A stretch of DNA of 64,000 nucleotides from Thermotogaceae bacterium (GTDB taxonomy: Bacteria > Thermotogota > Thermotogae > Thermotogales > Thermotogaceae): the NCBI GenBank assembly GCA_027077795.1, contig JALWTT010000015.1, positions 247,441-311,440 on the forward strand, in the 5' to 3' direction. This document shows, piece after piece, positions 19,687-29,726 of the stretch. A program made the position numbers and the translations under genes. The notes under the pieces were generated by a model. The model made no database searches and was not told the DNA's origin. It saw only the letters and a program-made list of their open reading frames with translations. The first letter of the stretch is position 1, and every line of letters starts with the position of its first letter.

Positions 19687-20297
19687 CAGAAACCTTCCTC
19701 CTCGACCACTTCATCGTAGTCTATACCGTAGTCTCTTAAGAGGCTTGCAACAACTTCGGAGTCCTTCATATCTACCCTGATGACCACTCTTCTTTTGCCT
19801 TCGCTCTCTTTAAATGTTAGTAGTGATAAAATGTTTATTTTGTTCTCGGCAAGTGCATCGACGATTTTTCTGAGAGATCCTGGAACATCTGATAGAAGTA
19901 TGGATATTCTCGTTCCGGGTTCATCCATAGCCGTGATCTCTATCATGGATTCCAGTATGTCTTGCAACGTAACTATCCCGACAACCTTTAAATCCTCGTC
20001 TACAACTGGTATGAAATCCCCGTGGTGCTCCATGAAGGCCAACAAAGCGGTTTCTATGTGATCATCTGGGTGTACGTAAAGCTCGGGAGTCACAACGCAA
20101 CTGTCTATAACGTTATCAGCTGGTTTGCCAAATATGCTCCGTTTGTTGACTACTCCAACAAAACTTCCATCGCTTCTCGCCACGACTACCTCGGAAAAGC
20201 CATAGGTGTCCATGACCTTCATCGTGTCTCCCACCGTCGAATTCTTTTCTATGATAGGAGCACTTTTCGTCATCCAATTCTTTATTCTCATCACCAT
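19686..20297 (-). CDS. CBS-pair plus ACT domain protein (AcuB-like)
   Basis: Two CBS motifs followed by an ACT-like segment ISILLSDVPGSLRKIVDALAENKINILSL. Confidence 0.6.
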   Translation of the reverse strand: MVMRIKNWMTKSAPIIEKNSTVGDTMKVMDTYGFSEVVVARSDGSFVGVVNKRSIFGKPADNVIDSCVVTPELYVHPDDHIETALLAFMEHHGDFIPVVDEDLKVVGIVTLQDILESMIEITAMDEPGTRISILLSDVPGSLRKIVDALAENKINILSLLTFKESEGKRRVVIRVDMKDSEVVASLLRDYGIDYDEVVEEEGF

Positions 20298-21433
20298 CCA
20301 CCTCCAATCTCCTTTGTGAGAGTCTTTCCTGCCCCCTCTACGATTGCTCTGAGCCCTTTCAATCCTCCTATATTGAATACCTTGCCCATAAGTTCGATTT
20401 TACCATTCGGTGGGATCCAAACTCTCACCTTTTTTGTCGTGAGTTCGTTAAGGCTACTATCCGAGTAGACCATCAACACAGCGCTTTTAACCTCGAAGAA
20501 TCTATCCCCGTTCGACCCATTTGTCAGGAAAACTTTTACCTTTATGCCATTTGATACCTCGTAATAGTCGAACAAGATGTCGACATCCTTCATATTCACA
20601 TCTTTGGTATCTATCACCATAAACGGAAGCTCGACTTTCTCTGGGTTCCCGTTGATGGCGGCTCTCAAGCCCACGATGTATAGACCCTTTTTTGAAAAGG
20701 TTACAGGTGGCTGGTATCGGAATACCAGTTGTGATGAGTTCGATGGTACATTTCCGTTGAATCCAGGGAACTGTCTCTCATCTAGGACAGCGTTCCCCGT
20801 TTTTATGTAGACTTCTCCTGGAGATATGACGACATCTCTACTTTTCAGGCCTTTGTTTGAAACAACCACATCGTAAGATGGCCTCTCACCCAGTAGGTAA
20901 TACGGGTTGTACCCTGAAAAGGTCAGAGATATGGAGTACTCAACTACAAAAGATTTCGTTGCTTCATATTTTCCGGCGCTTGAGTTGATTTCCACGGTAA
21001 TGGTGTATTTCCCTGGGCTGCTCACGGGAAAGGAATCCTTGAAAAGCAGAACGTAATCATATGGGGGAATCTCAACAGGAATGCTTGGATGAAGCTCCTC
21101 AGTATGTACTGTTTTTCCACTCTCATCTGTAACACGCATGGAGAAATCTACTATCGACAACTTCATTGGATTACTTCTGGAATTAACCAATCTTATTTGA
21201 GCCAACACACTTTCTCCCACTCTGTACTCATCGTTTATCCTTATATAGACCGAGATGGGGGACTTGCTCTTCATTTTGAATACCCCTATCATTATCATCA
21301 CGGCTCCAACCATGACAACGTTGACAAAGAAGTACATCCAGCTCCTCCTCCTGAGTTCTGGAACTCTATCCGATTTTCTCTTTTCGCTGTCTATCTTCTT
21401 CCACTCTTCAGGACTCCTGGAATGATACTTCAT
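20291..21433 (-). CDS. hypothetical single-pass membrane protein with large extracytoplasmic beta-rich domain
   Basis: Basic cytoplasmic N-terminus, one TM helix (FVNVVMVGAVMIMIGVF), then about 320 aa rich in beta-strand residues. 4-bp overlap with the upstream pilB-like gene. Confidence 0.45.
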   Translation of the reverse strand: MKYHSRSPEEWKKIDSEKRKSDRVPELRRRSWMYFFVNVVMVGAVMIMIGVFKMKSKSPISVYIRINDEYRVGESVLAQIRLVNSRSNPMKLSIVDFSMRVTDESGKTVHTEELHPSIPVEIPPYDYVLLFKDSFPVSSPGKYTITVEINSSAGKYEATKSFVVEYSISLTFSGYNPYYLLGERPSYDVVVSNKGLKSRDVVISPGEVYIKTGNAVLDERQFPGFNGNVPSNSSQLVFRYQPPVTFSKKGLYIVGLRAAINGNPEKVELPFMVIDTKDVNMKDVDILFDYYEVSNGIKVKVFLTNGSNGDRFFEVKSAVLMVYSDSSLNELTTKKVRVWIPPNGKIELMGKVFNIGGLKGLRAIVEGAGKTLTKEIGGGW

Positions 21434-23136
21434 AGCTCTGGAAAGTGGACCACTCTGAGAAGTTCCTCAACAGTGGTTTCGCCTTTTAGCACTTTCTCAA
21501 GGCCATCGATAAACATAGGTCTCATACCGTTTTCGACTGCTGCCCTCTGAATTTCCCTTATACTCGCTGAAGAAGCTATGAGCTCTTTCATGCTTTCGTC
21601 GACCATGAGCACTTCTCCTATAGCTATCCTGCCTTTGTAGAGATCGGCACATTGATCGGTTTCTTCAACTTTGTACTCAACTGGTTCATACCCTGAACTC
21701 TTGAAATATTCACTGAAGTGAGAAGCCAGATCCGGCCTCAGCGGTACCTTTCTAATCCTACATCTTCTGTTGATCCTCCTCACGAGTCTCTGTGCTATCA
21801 CTCCAATAAGTGAAGAACTCACAAGCCTGGGATCGATTCCCATGTTTCTCAACCTGTCTATGGCGGAAGATGCATCGTTTGTGTGAAGGGTACTCAAAAC
21901 TAAATGTCCAGTCATGGATGCTTCAACGGCGAGCTGGGCAGTTTCTCTGTCCCTTATCTCCCCAACCATTATTATGTCTGGGTCCTGCCTCAGAAATGTC
22001 CTGAGATATTTGGCAAACGTCAAACCGATTTCCGGTTTCACCTGACATTGTGTTACACCGTCTATCGTGTATTCCACAGGATCCTCCGCTGTGACGATAT
22101 TAACAGCCTCGTTCTTCAGCTCGTTTATCATCGCCACAAGCGTTGTCGATTTCCCACTCCCCGTTGGCCCTGTGACAAGTAGTATTCCATGCGGTTCGGA
22201 TATCAATCTTTCTATTCTCCTTATGTTGTACTCATTAAATCCCAGATCTCCAAGTTGTTTGTTTGCTGAGGAAACCTTTAAAATCCTCATCACTATTTTT
22301 TCTCCATGCACCGTTGGAACTGTGGATACCCTAAAATCGTATTGCTCTCCGGCAACCTTCAAGTAGAATTTTCCATCCTGCGGAAGTCTTCTTTCGGATA
22401 TATCCAAGTTTGAAAGGATCTTCACCCTTATCACAGCAGCATTATGCTGTATTTTAGGATAATTCATGACGTTCTTGAGCATTCCATCTGTTCTGTACCG
22501 AACCCTTACTATATTCCTTGACGGCTCTATGTGTATGTCACTCGCGCCTTTCTCAATGGCCCTGTGTACTATCATCGAAATCAGCTTTATTATCGGAGCG
22601 TTTTCTTCTTCCTCCTTAGCTAGAGCCTCGAGATCTTCTGCTTCCAGATCTTCCTCTGTCCCCGGTTCGTAAAAAATTTCCTCAGGTGTGCCAAGGATAA
22701 AGGATTTATACAGGTAATCGAATGTCACCGGGCTGGCTATTAATATCTCAGGACTTCTTCCAAGCAGAAATTTCAAAGATGACTGTATCCTCTGAAGATC
22801 CGAGGATATATCGGTTACCACGACGAGTGTTCCATCCTCCTTTACTTCAAGCGGAATTATTCGGAGCTCGTCTATCATGCTTTTTGGGACCTTTGACAGA
22901 ACATCAGGTGGGATCATAGTTGGAACTTTCTCGAGGGGTTCCACCCCCCACTGCTCGGCGAGTGCATGCACGATTTCGTCCCACGTAACGAACCCCGATT
23001 CCACCAACGATTCACCGATGGGCTTTCCTTTCTCTTTGCTGTATTTCAAGGCCTTCTGAAGTTCTGACTCCGTTATGAGTCCCTTCTCTATAAGAATTTC
23101 CCCTAACCTCTTGTATTTTTTCTTTTCGAAGAACAT
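21430..23136 (-). CDS. type II secretion / type IV pilus assembly ATPase (GspE/PilB family)
   Basis: N-terminal GSPII_E_N domain, Walker A GPTGSGKST, Asp and His boxes, tetracysteine motif. 568 aa. Confidence 0.85.
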   Translation of the reverse strand: MFFEKKKYKRLGEILIEKGLITESELQKALKYSKEKGKPIGESLVESGFVTWDEIVHALAEQWGVEPLEKVPTMIPPDVLSKVPKSMIDELRIIPLEVKEDGTLVVVTDISSDLQRIQSSLKFLLGRSPEILIASPVTFDYLYKSFILGTPEEIFYEPGTEEDLEAEDLEALAKEEEENAPIIKLISMIVHRAIEKGASDIHIEPSRNIVRVRYRTDGMLKNVMNYPKIQHNAAVIRVKILSNLDISERRLPQDGKFYLKVAGEQYDFRVSTVPTVHGEKIVMRILKVSSANKQLGDLGFNEYNIRRIERLISEPHGILLVTGPTGSGKSTTLVAMINELKNEAVNIVTAEDPVEYTIDGVTQCQVKPEIGLTFAKYLRTFLRQDPDIIMVGEIRDRETAQLAVEASMTGHLVLSTLHTNDASSAIDRLRNMGIDPRLVSSSLIGVIAQRLVRRINRRCRIRKVPLRPDLASHFSEYFKSSGYEPVEYKVEETDQCADLYKGRIAIGEVLMVDESMKELIASSASIREIQRAAVENGMRPMFIDGLEKVLKGETTVEELLRVVHFPEL

Positions 23137-24194
23137 TACTCCCCAATTCTCCTTATGTCTATACCTCTCCAGTATATAGCTGGGACATCCTCGTCGGGGA
23201 TGAGAATTCGCTCATCTTCTTCAAACTTTGTTGCTATAAGTGTAATTCTCATCTCATCCTCGTCTAGTGCCTCATCATGCATGAGGCCAAGAACGATATC
23301 TGTATCCTCGCTGGTGTGTTGCTTTATCAACATCATGGCTGTGTTGAGTTCACTCATCTTGGCGTTTGGAGGAGCAGTCAGGTTTACTATCATCTTCCTG
23401 GCATCTTCTATTGGATAGTCAACGAGTTTGCTTTCCATGGCATTTCTAACGGCTTCAGATGCCCTGTTTTCCCCTTTCCCGACACCAATGCCTAGGAGTG
23501 CTGCTCCGGCATCCCTCATTACAGATTCTATGTCTGCGAAGTCAAGGTTTATTACTCCCCTTCTTGTTATGAGCTCTGAGATCCCCTTAACTCCTTGGTG
23601 GAGTACCTCGTCCGCCATGAGAAAAGCTTTGGATATCTCTATGTCAGGTTCTTCGAGAAGTTTGTTGTTGGATATCCTTATTAAGGTATCCACCTTGTCC
23701 TTTATATCTCTCAGTCCGTTTATTGCGGTCGCCCATCTCTTCGGACCCTCAAAGAAAAATGGTGTTGTGACTATTGCCACTGTTAGTATCTTCATCTCTC
23801 CAGCTATCTCAGCTATGACGGGAGCTGCTCCAGTTCCGGTCCCCCCTCCAAAACCGGCGGCTATGAACAGCATATCCGTGTCTTTCAATATCTCTCTCAT
23901 CTGATCCGCACTCTCTTGGGCAGCTTCTCTCCCGACATCTGGATTTCCCCCTGCTCCCAAACCTCTCGTAACCTTTTCGCCTATTTGTACTTTCACAGGT
24001 GCTTTGCTGACTTCGAGAACTTGAACATCGGTATTAACAGCTATGAACTCAACACCATGGATTCCGAGTTCCATCATCCTGTTTATTGCGTTGTTGCCCG
24101 CGCCACCGACTCCCATGACTTTTATGACGGGTAAAATGGCTTTTCCTTCGACATTTTCTCTACTTTCCTTCGCCAGTTCAAATCCCATAGTCAT
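23136..24194 (-). CDS. ftsZ: cell division protein FtsZ
   Basis: Tubulin signature GVGGAGNNAINRM and GGGTGTG. 352 aa. Confidence 0.92.
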   Translation of the reverse strand: MTMGFELAKESRENVEGKAILPVIKVMGVGGAGNNAINRMMELGIHGVEFIAVNTDVQVLEVSKAPVKVQIGEKVTRGLGAGGNPDVGREAAQESADQMREILKDTDMLFIAAGFGGGTGTGAAPVIAEIAGEMKILTVAIVTTPFFFEGPKRWATAINGLRDIKDKVDTLIRISNNKLLEEPDIEISKAFLMADEVLHQGVKGISELITRRGVINLDFADIESVMRDAGAALLGIGVGKGENRASEAVRNAMESKLVDYPIEDARKMIVNLTAPPNAKMSELNTAMMLIKQHTSEDTDIVLGLMHDEALDEDEMRITLIATKFEEDERILIPDEDVPAIYWRGIDIRRIGE

Positions 24195-24204
24195 ACCTCC
24201 TGTA

Positions 24205-25503
24205 TCAGAAGAGGTTTTTCAGAAACTTCTTCAATCCTTTCAGAAATTCGGAAGATTTCCGAGGTTGAGAACTCTTCTGAATTTCAACCTCCACTTTCAA
24301 GAAATTTGCGACATTTCCAAAAGTTGCAGCATAAGATGGGTTATCAGTTACGTCTTCTTCCCCTATGACTCTTTCGGATCCAACGGGGAAAGACCTTAAG
24401 AAGCTCCCAGCTCTAACATTGGTCCTCAGAACCTGAGTTGCCAAGTCCGTGATTCTTTTTATCCGTGCTCCTCCACCTGTTAACACTACTCCACCAGGGA
24501 TGCCGTTTTCTCTGTATTCAGGTATTTTCCTTTCAAGATCCTTATAAACCCTTCTGACCTTGTTGAATATCTCCATAAGTCTTGCATTAACCACCAGGGC
24601 GAACTTCCCGGCGGATATTTTCTTCACGGTCCTTCCATCTATTTCTCTGTATTCTATCTCAGCATCTAAATCCTCCGTCGGATCGTAAACTGCGAATCCG
24701 TAGTTCCTCAGCATGGTTTCAGCTTCGTCAAAAGATGTTCGGAAGACATAAACAATATCCTTCACGACGTTCCGGATTCCCAAAGGAACGTATCTGAGAT
24801 CCACAGGCATGTTATTAAGGTAAGCTATAACCGTTGAAAAATTGTATCCAAGATCTACTAGGACAACTCCGCTGTCTTTTTCAGTAACGGTTAAGGTTCC
24901 CTCAGCCGCTGAAACAGGAGAAGAAAACACAACTGGTTCGGAACCAACGATGTCCTCGAGAGTAGCCCTCAGAGATTCCCCAATGGGGTAGTCGATTCTG
25001 ACAGTCGAAACCTCTATCTCTATATCCCTCGCGGTCATGTCCACGGGATTCACGACAACCCTACTCCCATTCAATATAAATCTCCTTGTGAACATGTTTA
25101 GAACTTTCTTCCCCGCTTCTGGGCCGGAGAGTCGGTCGAATATCTCGTATTTCAAATCCTCAAGCAGCTCCTCAGTTATCATAACTTCGCCTTCTTCGTC
25201 CTCTTCCACCAGATTGAATTTCTCGTTGTGAAAGTCAAGTGTGAATTTGTCTGAGCTGAAGGAGAGCAACAATTCACTTTTCCCCAACCTTGGATATTGC
25301 CTCAAAAGTTCCTCTAAGAGGTGGTTAAAAGCCTCCTTAAAAGCTGCAACATCTTTTATATCACCGGATTCTATTCCCCGTGCTCCAACCTCGGCATACC
25401 CTAGGACTTCAAATGTATCTCCCTTAACCCCTATTACGACTCCCTTGAAGTTTCGTGATCCGATGTCTATTGATGTGTATACCTCGTGTCCTGCCATCTC
25501 CAT
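24205..25503 (-). CDS. ftsA: cell division protein FtsA
   Basis: Actin-like ATPase fold (DIGS..., GGVVLTGGGA). Located immediately upstream of ftsZ. 432 aa. Confidence 0.85.
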   Translation of the reverse strand: MEMAGHEVYTSIDIGSRNFKGVVIGVKGDTFEVLGYAEVGARGIESGDIKDVAAFKEAFNHLLEELLRQYPRLGKSELLLSFSSDKFTLDFHNEKFNLVEEDEEGEVMITEELLEDLKYEIFDRLSGPEAGKKVLNMFTRRFILNGSRVVVNPVDMTARDIEIEVSTVRIDYPIGESLRATLEDIVGSEPVVFSSPVSAAEGTLTVTEKDSGVVLVDLGYNFSTVIAYLNNMPVDLRYVPLGIRNVVKDIVYVFRTSFDEAETMLRNYGFAVYDPTEDLDAEIEYREIDGRTVKKISAGKFALVVNARLMEIFNKVRRVYKDLERKIPEYRENGIPGGVVLTGGGARIKRITDLATQVLRTNVRAGSFLRSFPVGSERVIGEEDVTDNPSYAATFGNVANFLKVEVEIQKSSQPRKSSEFLKGLKKFLKNLF

Positions 25504-25979
25504 CCCCCCCTTAGAACGAGGAGATCCCCTCCACTAAAGAGTTCGAGCACACTTCTTGGAACTAGATACGGGAGATATCCGACAATTCCATCTATGTTCT
25601 CCACCAGGTCCTTCCACTTGTGAAAGTATACCACCACACCTTTTCTGAAAATAATGTATTTTTCGTCTATGCAGATCTCTGAGACATCAGGACTTTTCAG
25701 AACACCTTTTAAGTCTCTCAATATTGCAAAGTCTTCGCGAGAAATTTTGAGGCCTCTTATGTCCACGCATGACACTACTGCTGTGCTTCCAGAATCTTCA
25801 GGTGATGCGGTCCCAACGATCCTTCCGTCATCTCCAATCCACCAGAATCTCCCCGAGCTTTCCACCAAAAACATCCTTTTCTCTGGATGGTTCGCTTGCT
25901 TCACTTTCCCAGAGGTGCTCAGCAATATTGCTATTATTTCCAAGTAAACTAGCAGCTTCAGGATCCTGAATCCCCTCAT
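25467..25979 (-). CDS. hypothetical membrane-anchored protein, possibly short FtsQ/DivIB-like
   Basis: N-terminal TM helix, 170 aa, positioned where ftsQ usually sits. Overlaps both neighbours. No strong motif. Confidence 0.35.
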   Translation of the reverse strand: MRGFRILKLLVYLEIIAILLSTSGKVKQANHPEKRMFLVESSGRFWWIGDDGRIVGTASPEDSGSTAVVSCVDIRGLKISREDFAILRDLKGVLKSPDVSEICIDEKYIIFRKGVVVYFHKWKDLVENIDGIVGYLPYLVPRSVLELFSGGDLLVLRGGWRWQDTRYTHQ

Positions 25980-27865
25980 ATATCCAAATTTGTCACATTC
26001 AGGGCGTGCCTTTCTATGAATTCCCTCCTGTTGGCTGTGTCGTTTCCAAGGAGTATCTCGAACAACGTGTCAGCTTCTTCCGCATCCTCTATCTCAACTC
26101 TGACAATCCTTCTCTTCTCCGGATTCATCGTGGTTTGCCAGAGCTGCTCCGGATTCATTTCGCCGAGCCCCTTGTATCTCTGAACCATGTACCTCTTCCC
26201 ATCCAGGCTTTCCAGAAATTCTCTTAGTTCTTCATCTGAGTATAGGTAGTGATCCATCTTCCCAACATTCACCTTGTATAGAGGTGGCAAAGCTATGTAA
26301 ATCCTGCCAGTCTCCACGAGAGGCCTCATATACCTGTAAAAGAGGGTCAGTAGGAGTGTTCTTATATGAGCACCATCAATATCGGCATCAGTCATTATTA
26401 TCACTTTACCATACCTGAGTTTGGATATATCAAAACTGTCGCCGATTCCTGTCCCTATAGCTACTATTATGTTGTTTATCTGTTCGTTTTTCAAGAGTTT
26501 GTCAAAGGTTGCCTTCTCAACGTTCAGAATCTTTCCCCTCAAGGGGAGGATGGCTTGAAACTCCCTGTCCCTAGCCTGCTTAGCAGATCCACCAGCTGAA
26601 TCTCCCTCAACTATGAACAGCTCTGTTCTTTCCAAGTCCGACGAGGAGCAATCGGCCAGCTTTCCAGGAAGCGATGTGTTCTCCAATATATTCTTCCTTT
26701 TGATCATTTCTCTAGCCTTTCTTGCAGCTTCCCTCGCTCTCATGGCCCGCTGCACTTTGTCGAGTATTCGTTTCAAGTCTATCTGATGAATGTCAAAATG
26801 CTCTTTGAGCTTTTCTCTCACAACTTTTGAGACAGCTTCCAGGGCTTCTTCGTTGCCGAGCTTTGATTTAGTCTGGCCTTCAAATTCCGGGTTCTTTATC
26901 AGGACGCTTATGACAGTGGTTAAACCCTCTCTCACATCTTCACCGCTGAATAACTGGCTTTTTTTAAGGTATCCCAGCTTTCTTCCGTATTCATTCATCA
27001 ACCTTGTCAGGGTTGTTTTGAAAGCTGTAACATGTGTTCCACCATCTATAGTTTTTATGTTGTTAGCGTAGGCGAGTATATTTTCCGAATCCGACGTGGT
27101 GTATTGAAGTGCCACATCGACCAATATGTCATTGTGAATCCCCCTGATCTTCACAACTTCATGAAGGGGTTTCTTCCCACGGTTGAGATACTCAACGAAC
27201 TGCGATATACCTCCTTCATATTTGAAAACCTTTCTGTAATTTCTCCTTTTGTCTTCAAAGATTATTTTCAGGCCTGGATTTAGGAAAGCAAGCTCCTGTA
27301 AACGTTTTTCAACGATATCTGAATCGAAATCAGTCGTTGAGAAGATCTCAGGATCCGGAGCGAACTTAACCAGAGTCCCCGTTTTATCAGCTTCTCCTAC
27401 AAGTTCAACACGAGTGGTAGCATTGCCTCTCTCGTATCTCTGCTTGTAAACCTTTCCGTTTCTGTAGACAAAGACTTCTAGCCACTCTGAGAGGGCGTTG
27501 ACCACGGATACCCCTACGCCGTGAAGGCCTCCGCTAATCTTGTAACTATCCTTGGAAAACTTTCCACCAGCGTGGAGTGTTGTCATGACAACTTCAAGTG
27601 CACTTTTCCCCATCTCTGGATGTGTGTCAACGGGTATTCCTCTCCCATTGTCTTCAACTTCAACCGAACCATCTTCGTTTATAGTAACCCTTATAGTGTC
27701 GCAATACCCGGCAAGGGCTTCATCTATACTGTTGTCAACAACCTCATATATGAGGTGATGCAATCCTCTTTTACCGGTGGAACCTATGTACATACCAGGC
27801 CTTTTTCGAACCGCCTCAAGCCCTTTTAAAACTTTTATCGATCGAGCATCGTATTTATCATCCAC
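25976..27865 (-). CDS. gyrB: DNA gyrase subunit B
   Basis: YDARSIKVLKGLEAVRKRPGMYIG, GHKL ATPase, Toprim EGDSAGG. Start refined to the GTG at 27863-27865 (GAGGTGA RBS plus 5-nt spacer); the longer track ORF has an unconserved extension overlapping the DUF721 gene. Confidence 0.88.
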   Translation of the reverse strand: MDDKYDARSIKVLKGLEAVRKRPGMYIGSTGKRGLHHLIYEVVDNSIDEALAGYCDTIRVTINEDGSVEVEDNGRGIPVDTHPEMGKSALEVVMTTLHAGGKFSKDSYKISGGLHGVGVSVVNALSEWLEVFVYRNGKVYKQRYERGNATTRVELVGEADKTGTLVKFAPDPEIFSTTDFDSDIVEKRLQELAFLNPGLKIIFEDKRRNYRKVFKYEGGISQFVEYLNRGKKPLHEVVKIRGIHNDILVDVALQYTTSDSENILAYANNIKTIDGGTHVTAFKTTLTRLMNEYGRKLGYLKKSQLFSGEDVREGLTTVISVLIKNPEFEGQTKSKLGNEEALEAVSKVVREKLKEHFDIHQIDLKRILDKVQRAMRAREAARKAREMIKRKNILENTSLPGKLADCSSSDLERTELFIVEGDSAGGSAKQARDREFQAILPLRGKILNVEKATFDKLLKNEQINNIIVAIGTGIGDSFDISKLRYGKVIIMTDADIDGAHIRTLLLTLFYRYMRPLVETGRIYIALPPLYKVNVGKMDHYLYSDEELREFLESLDGKRYMVQRYKGLGEMNPEQLWQTTMNPEKRRIVRVEIEDAEEADTLFEILLGNDTANRREFIERHALNVTNLDI

Positions 27866-27870
27866 TTGTA

Positions 27871-28152
27871 TCACCTCTTCACTATCCTTACATCCCTGAC
27901 AATGTTTTTTCCCAACGTTCTGTTCATGCCTTCTATGATTTTCTTCTTCTTGAAGCTTATTTCTCCAGACCACATGGGATCTTTACACAAAACGAAGACA
28001 ATTCCTCCATTGAAATTCACTACTCTTGCCCTTTTCGAAATAACATCCCCCACCGTTTTCTCCCAGGCAGTCTTGATGGAGAAAAGCTTCAACCCAGTTA
28101 AATTGGGATTCGAAGATATCATCCTATCTATAACTTCCGATATCCTTCTCAT
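27871..28152 (-). CDS. DUF721 / DciA-like small protein
   Basis: 93 aa. Typical position immediately upstream of gyrB. Conserved KVVNFNGGIVFV-type C-terminal strand pattern of the recF-gyrB-linked DUF721 family. Confidence 0.55.
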   Translation of the reverse strand: MRRISEVIDRMISSNPNLTGLKLFSIKTAWEKTVGDVISKRARVVNFNGGIVFVLCKDPMWSGEISFKKKKIIEGMNRTLGKNIVRDVRIVKR

Positions 28153-28237
28153 ATTTGAATGATACCATTTTCCCTTCCATTGATCTATGAAGTTTCACAT
28201 TGGCAATCCTGTGTGGTAAGATGGTTCCGTTGAAGAG

Positions 28238-29725
28238 GTGAATTTTTTGAAGTTATGGATTCCCATTTCAAGATCCATTGTTATTTTTTTATCTTTAATA
28301 CTCCTTACCAATTCCATTACCAAGCCAAGCGGATTTATCCCAAGATGGGAAGAGAATGGAAGAATCATTAAATTTCCACATAGTGAAAAAGTTTTCAAAC
28401 CTAAATGGATAGAACTCAAAGCAGTTGTTGATAGTGGGAAGGGAATATATCTGGTTCTTCCAAGAACCGGGCTGAGTAACATAAGGGTCAAGTTGAATGG
28501 GGAAACGATATGGCAGTCTGGGGATGAGAATCATCACTCCAGGATGTGGACCCAAACATTTGTGGTCACCCTGGACCCGAAGGAAAGTGAAAGCATCATT
28601 TCAATAGAGAGTTATGTCCTTTACGACTTCAGAATAAATTGGCCACCTTACATAACTCGTCATCCTTGGACAAAAGTTTTTCTCTCGAATCTCGTTTTCT
28701 CGGAACTTTCATTGGCTTTTTTCGGATTCGCGTTAGTTCTAGCTTTTCTAGTCTTCAGAATATCGTCTTATACCGAAGATGTGCTTGGAAACACAGCATT
28801 GGGGATATCCATGATCATAGCAGCGTTCCTCATGCTGGATTATTCATACCTAGGCTTGTTCGTGAGCGCTAGAGCTTTTTTAATTATGAGGAAGGTCTTT
28901 TACTCCCTTTCCTATCTATCGATCTTAGGTTTTTTCTATTCCATGGAACGGGTGATGCTGAAGGTACGTGTTCCGAGGAGAACTTTTGCGCTGCTCCTTG
29001 CGTTCTCCCTTCTTCCTATGGTGGTTCCAGGAATAGGGCTGTCCAGGCTATTTACACTACTGATGTCACCGGTTTTGGCCTTGATTGCCCTGAAGGTGCT
29101 GGTGGATGTCATACGCTACGGGAAATATTACCTAGTTGGCCCTGTCACATTCTTGACCGCATCGGTTACCTATACCGTAGTAGCTATTTGGAGATTTCCA
29201 AATCCCAGCCTTTTGAATTTTGGGATAGCTTGTCTGATGTTTGCCACCATCGAGCACCTGTACAGGGAGTTCAGAGTGCTCAGCAGAACTGCTATCATAA
29301 CCAAGGAGAAATCTCTGGTGGACCCGTTGACGGATGCTTTCAACAGGAGGGTTTTCGAAGAAATTCCGAGAGATCTAAAAGGTAGTTTGGTTTTCCTTGA
29401 CTTGGATAATTTCAAGGCGTTCAACGATACGTACGGACATGAAAAGGGAGACGAGATTTTGAAGGAGTTCTCCAAGACCGTTGAAAGCAGGTTGAGAAAG
29501 GGAGATCTGTTCATCAGATACGGTGGAGATGAATTCGTCCTGATTTTGAGCAACTGTGATGTGGAAAAAGCGAAGGAGATAGCCGAGGAGATCATGGAAA
29601 AATTCAAGGAGAAGACTGGTTTGAGTTTCTCGTACGGAATATCCCACTTTAAAGGAGATCTGACAAGTTCTATAAGAGAAGCTGACAAGAAGATGTATTA
29701 TATGAAAAAAGTGAGGGGGGGATAA
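28238..29725 (+). CDS. membrane-bound diguanylate cyclase (periplasmic/TM sensor plus GGDEF)
   Basis: N-terminal signal/TM, about 6 further TM helices, then GGDEF with DAFNRR, LDLDNFKAFNDTYGH, RYGGDEF (intact GGDEF active site). Confidence 0.85.
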   Translation: MNFLKLWIPISRSIVIFLSLILLTNSITKPSGFIPRWEENGRIIKFPHSEKVFKPKWIELKAVVDSGKGIYLVLPRTGLSNIRVKLNGETIWQSGDENHHSRMWTQTFVVTLDPKESESIISIESYVLYDFRINWPPYITRHPWTKVFLSNLVFSELSLAFFGFALVLAFLVFRISSYTEDVLGNTALGISMIIAAFLMLDYSYLGLFVSARAFLIMRKVFYSLSYLSILGFFYSMERVMLKVRVPRRTFALLLAFSLLPMVVPGIGLSRLFTLLMSPVLALIALKVLVDVIRYGKYYLVGPVTFLTASVTYTVVAIWRFPNPSLLNFGIACLMFATIEHLYREFRVLSRTAIITKEKSLVDPLTDAFNRRVFEEIPRDLKGSLVFLDLDNFKAFNDTYGHEKGDEILKEFSKTVESRLRKGDLFIRYGGDEFVLILSNCDVEKAKEIAEEIMEKFKEKTGLSFSYGISHFKGDLTSSIREADKKMYYMKKVRGG

Positions 29726-29726
29726 C

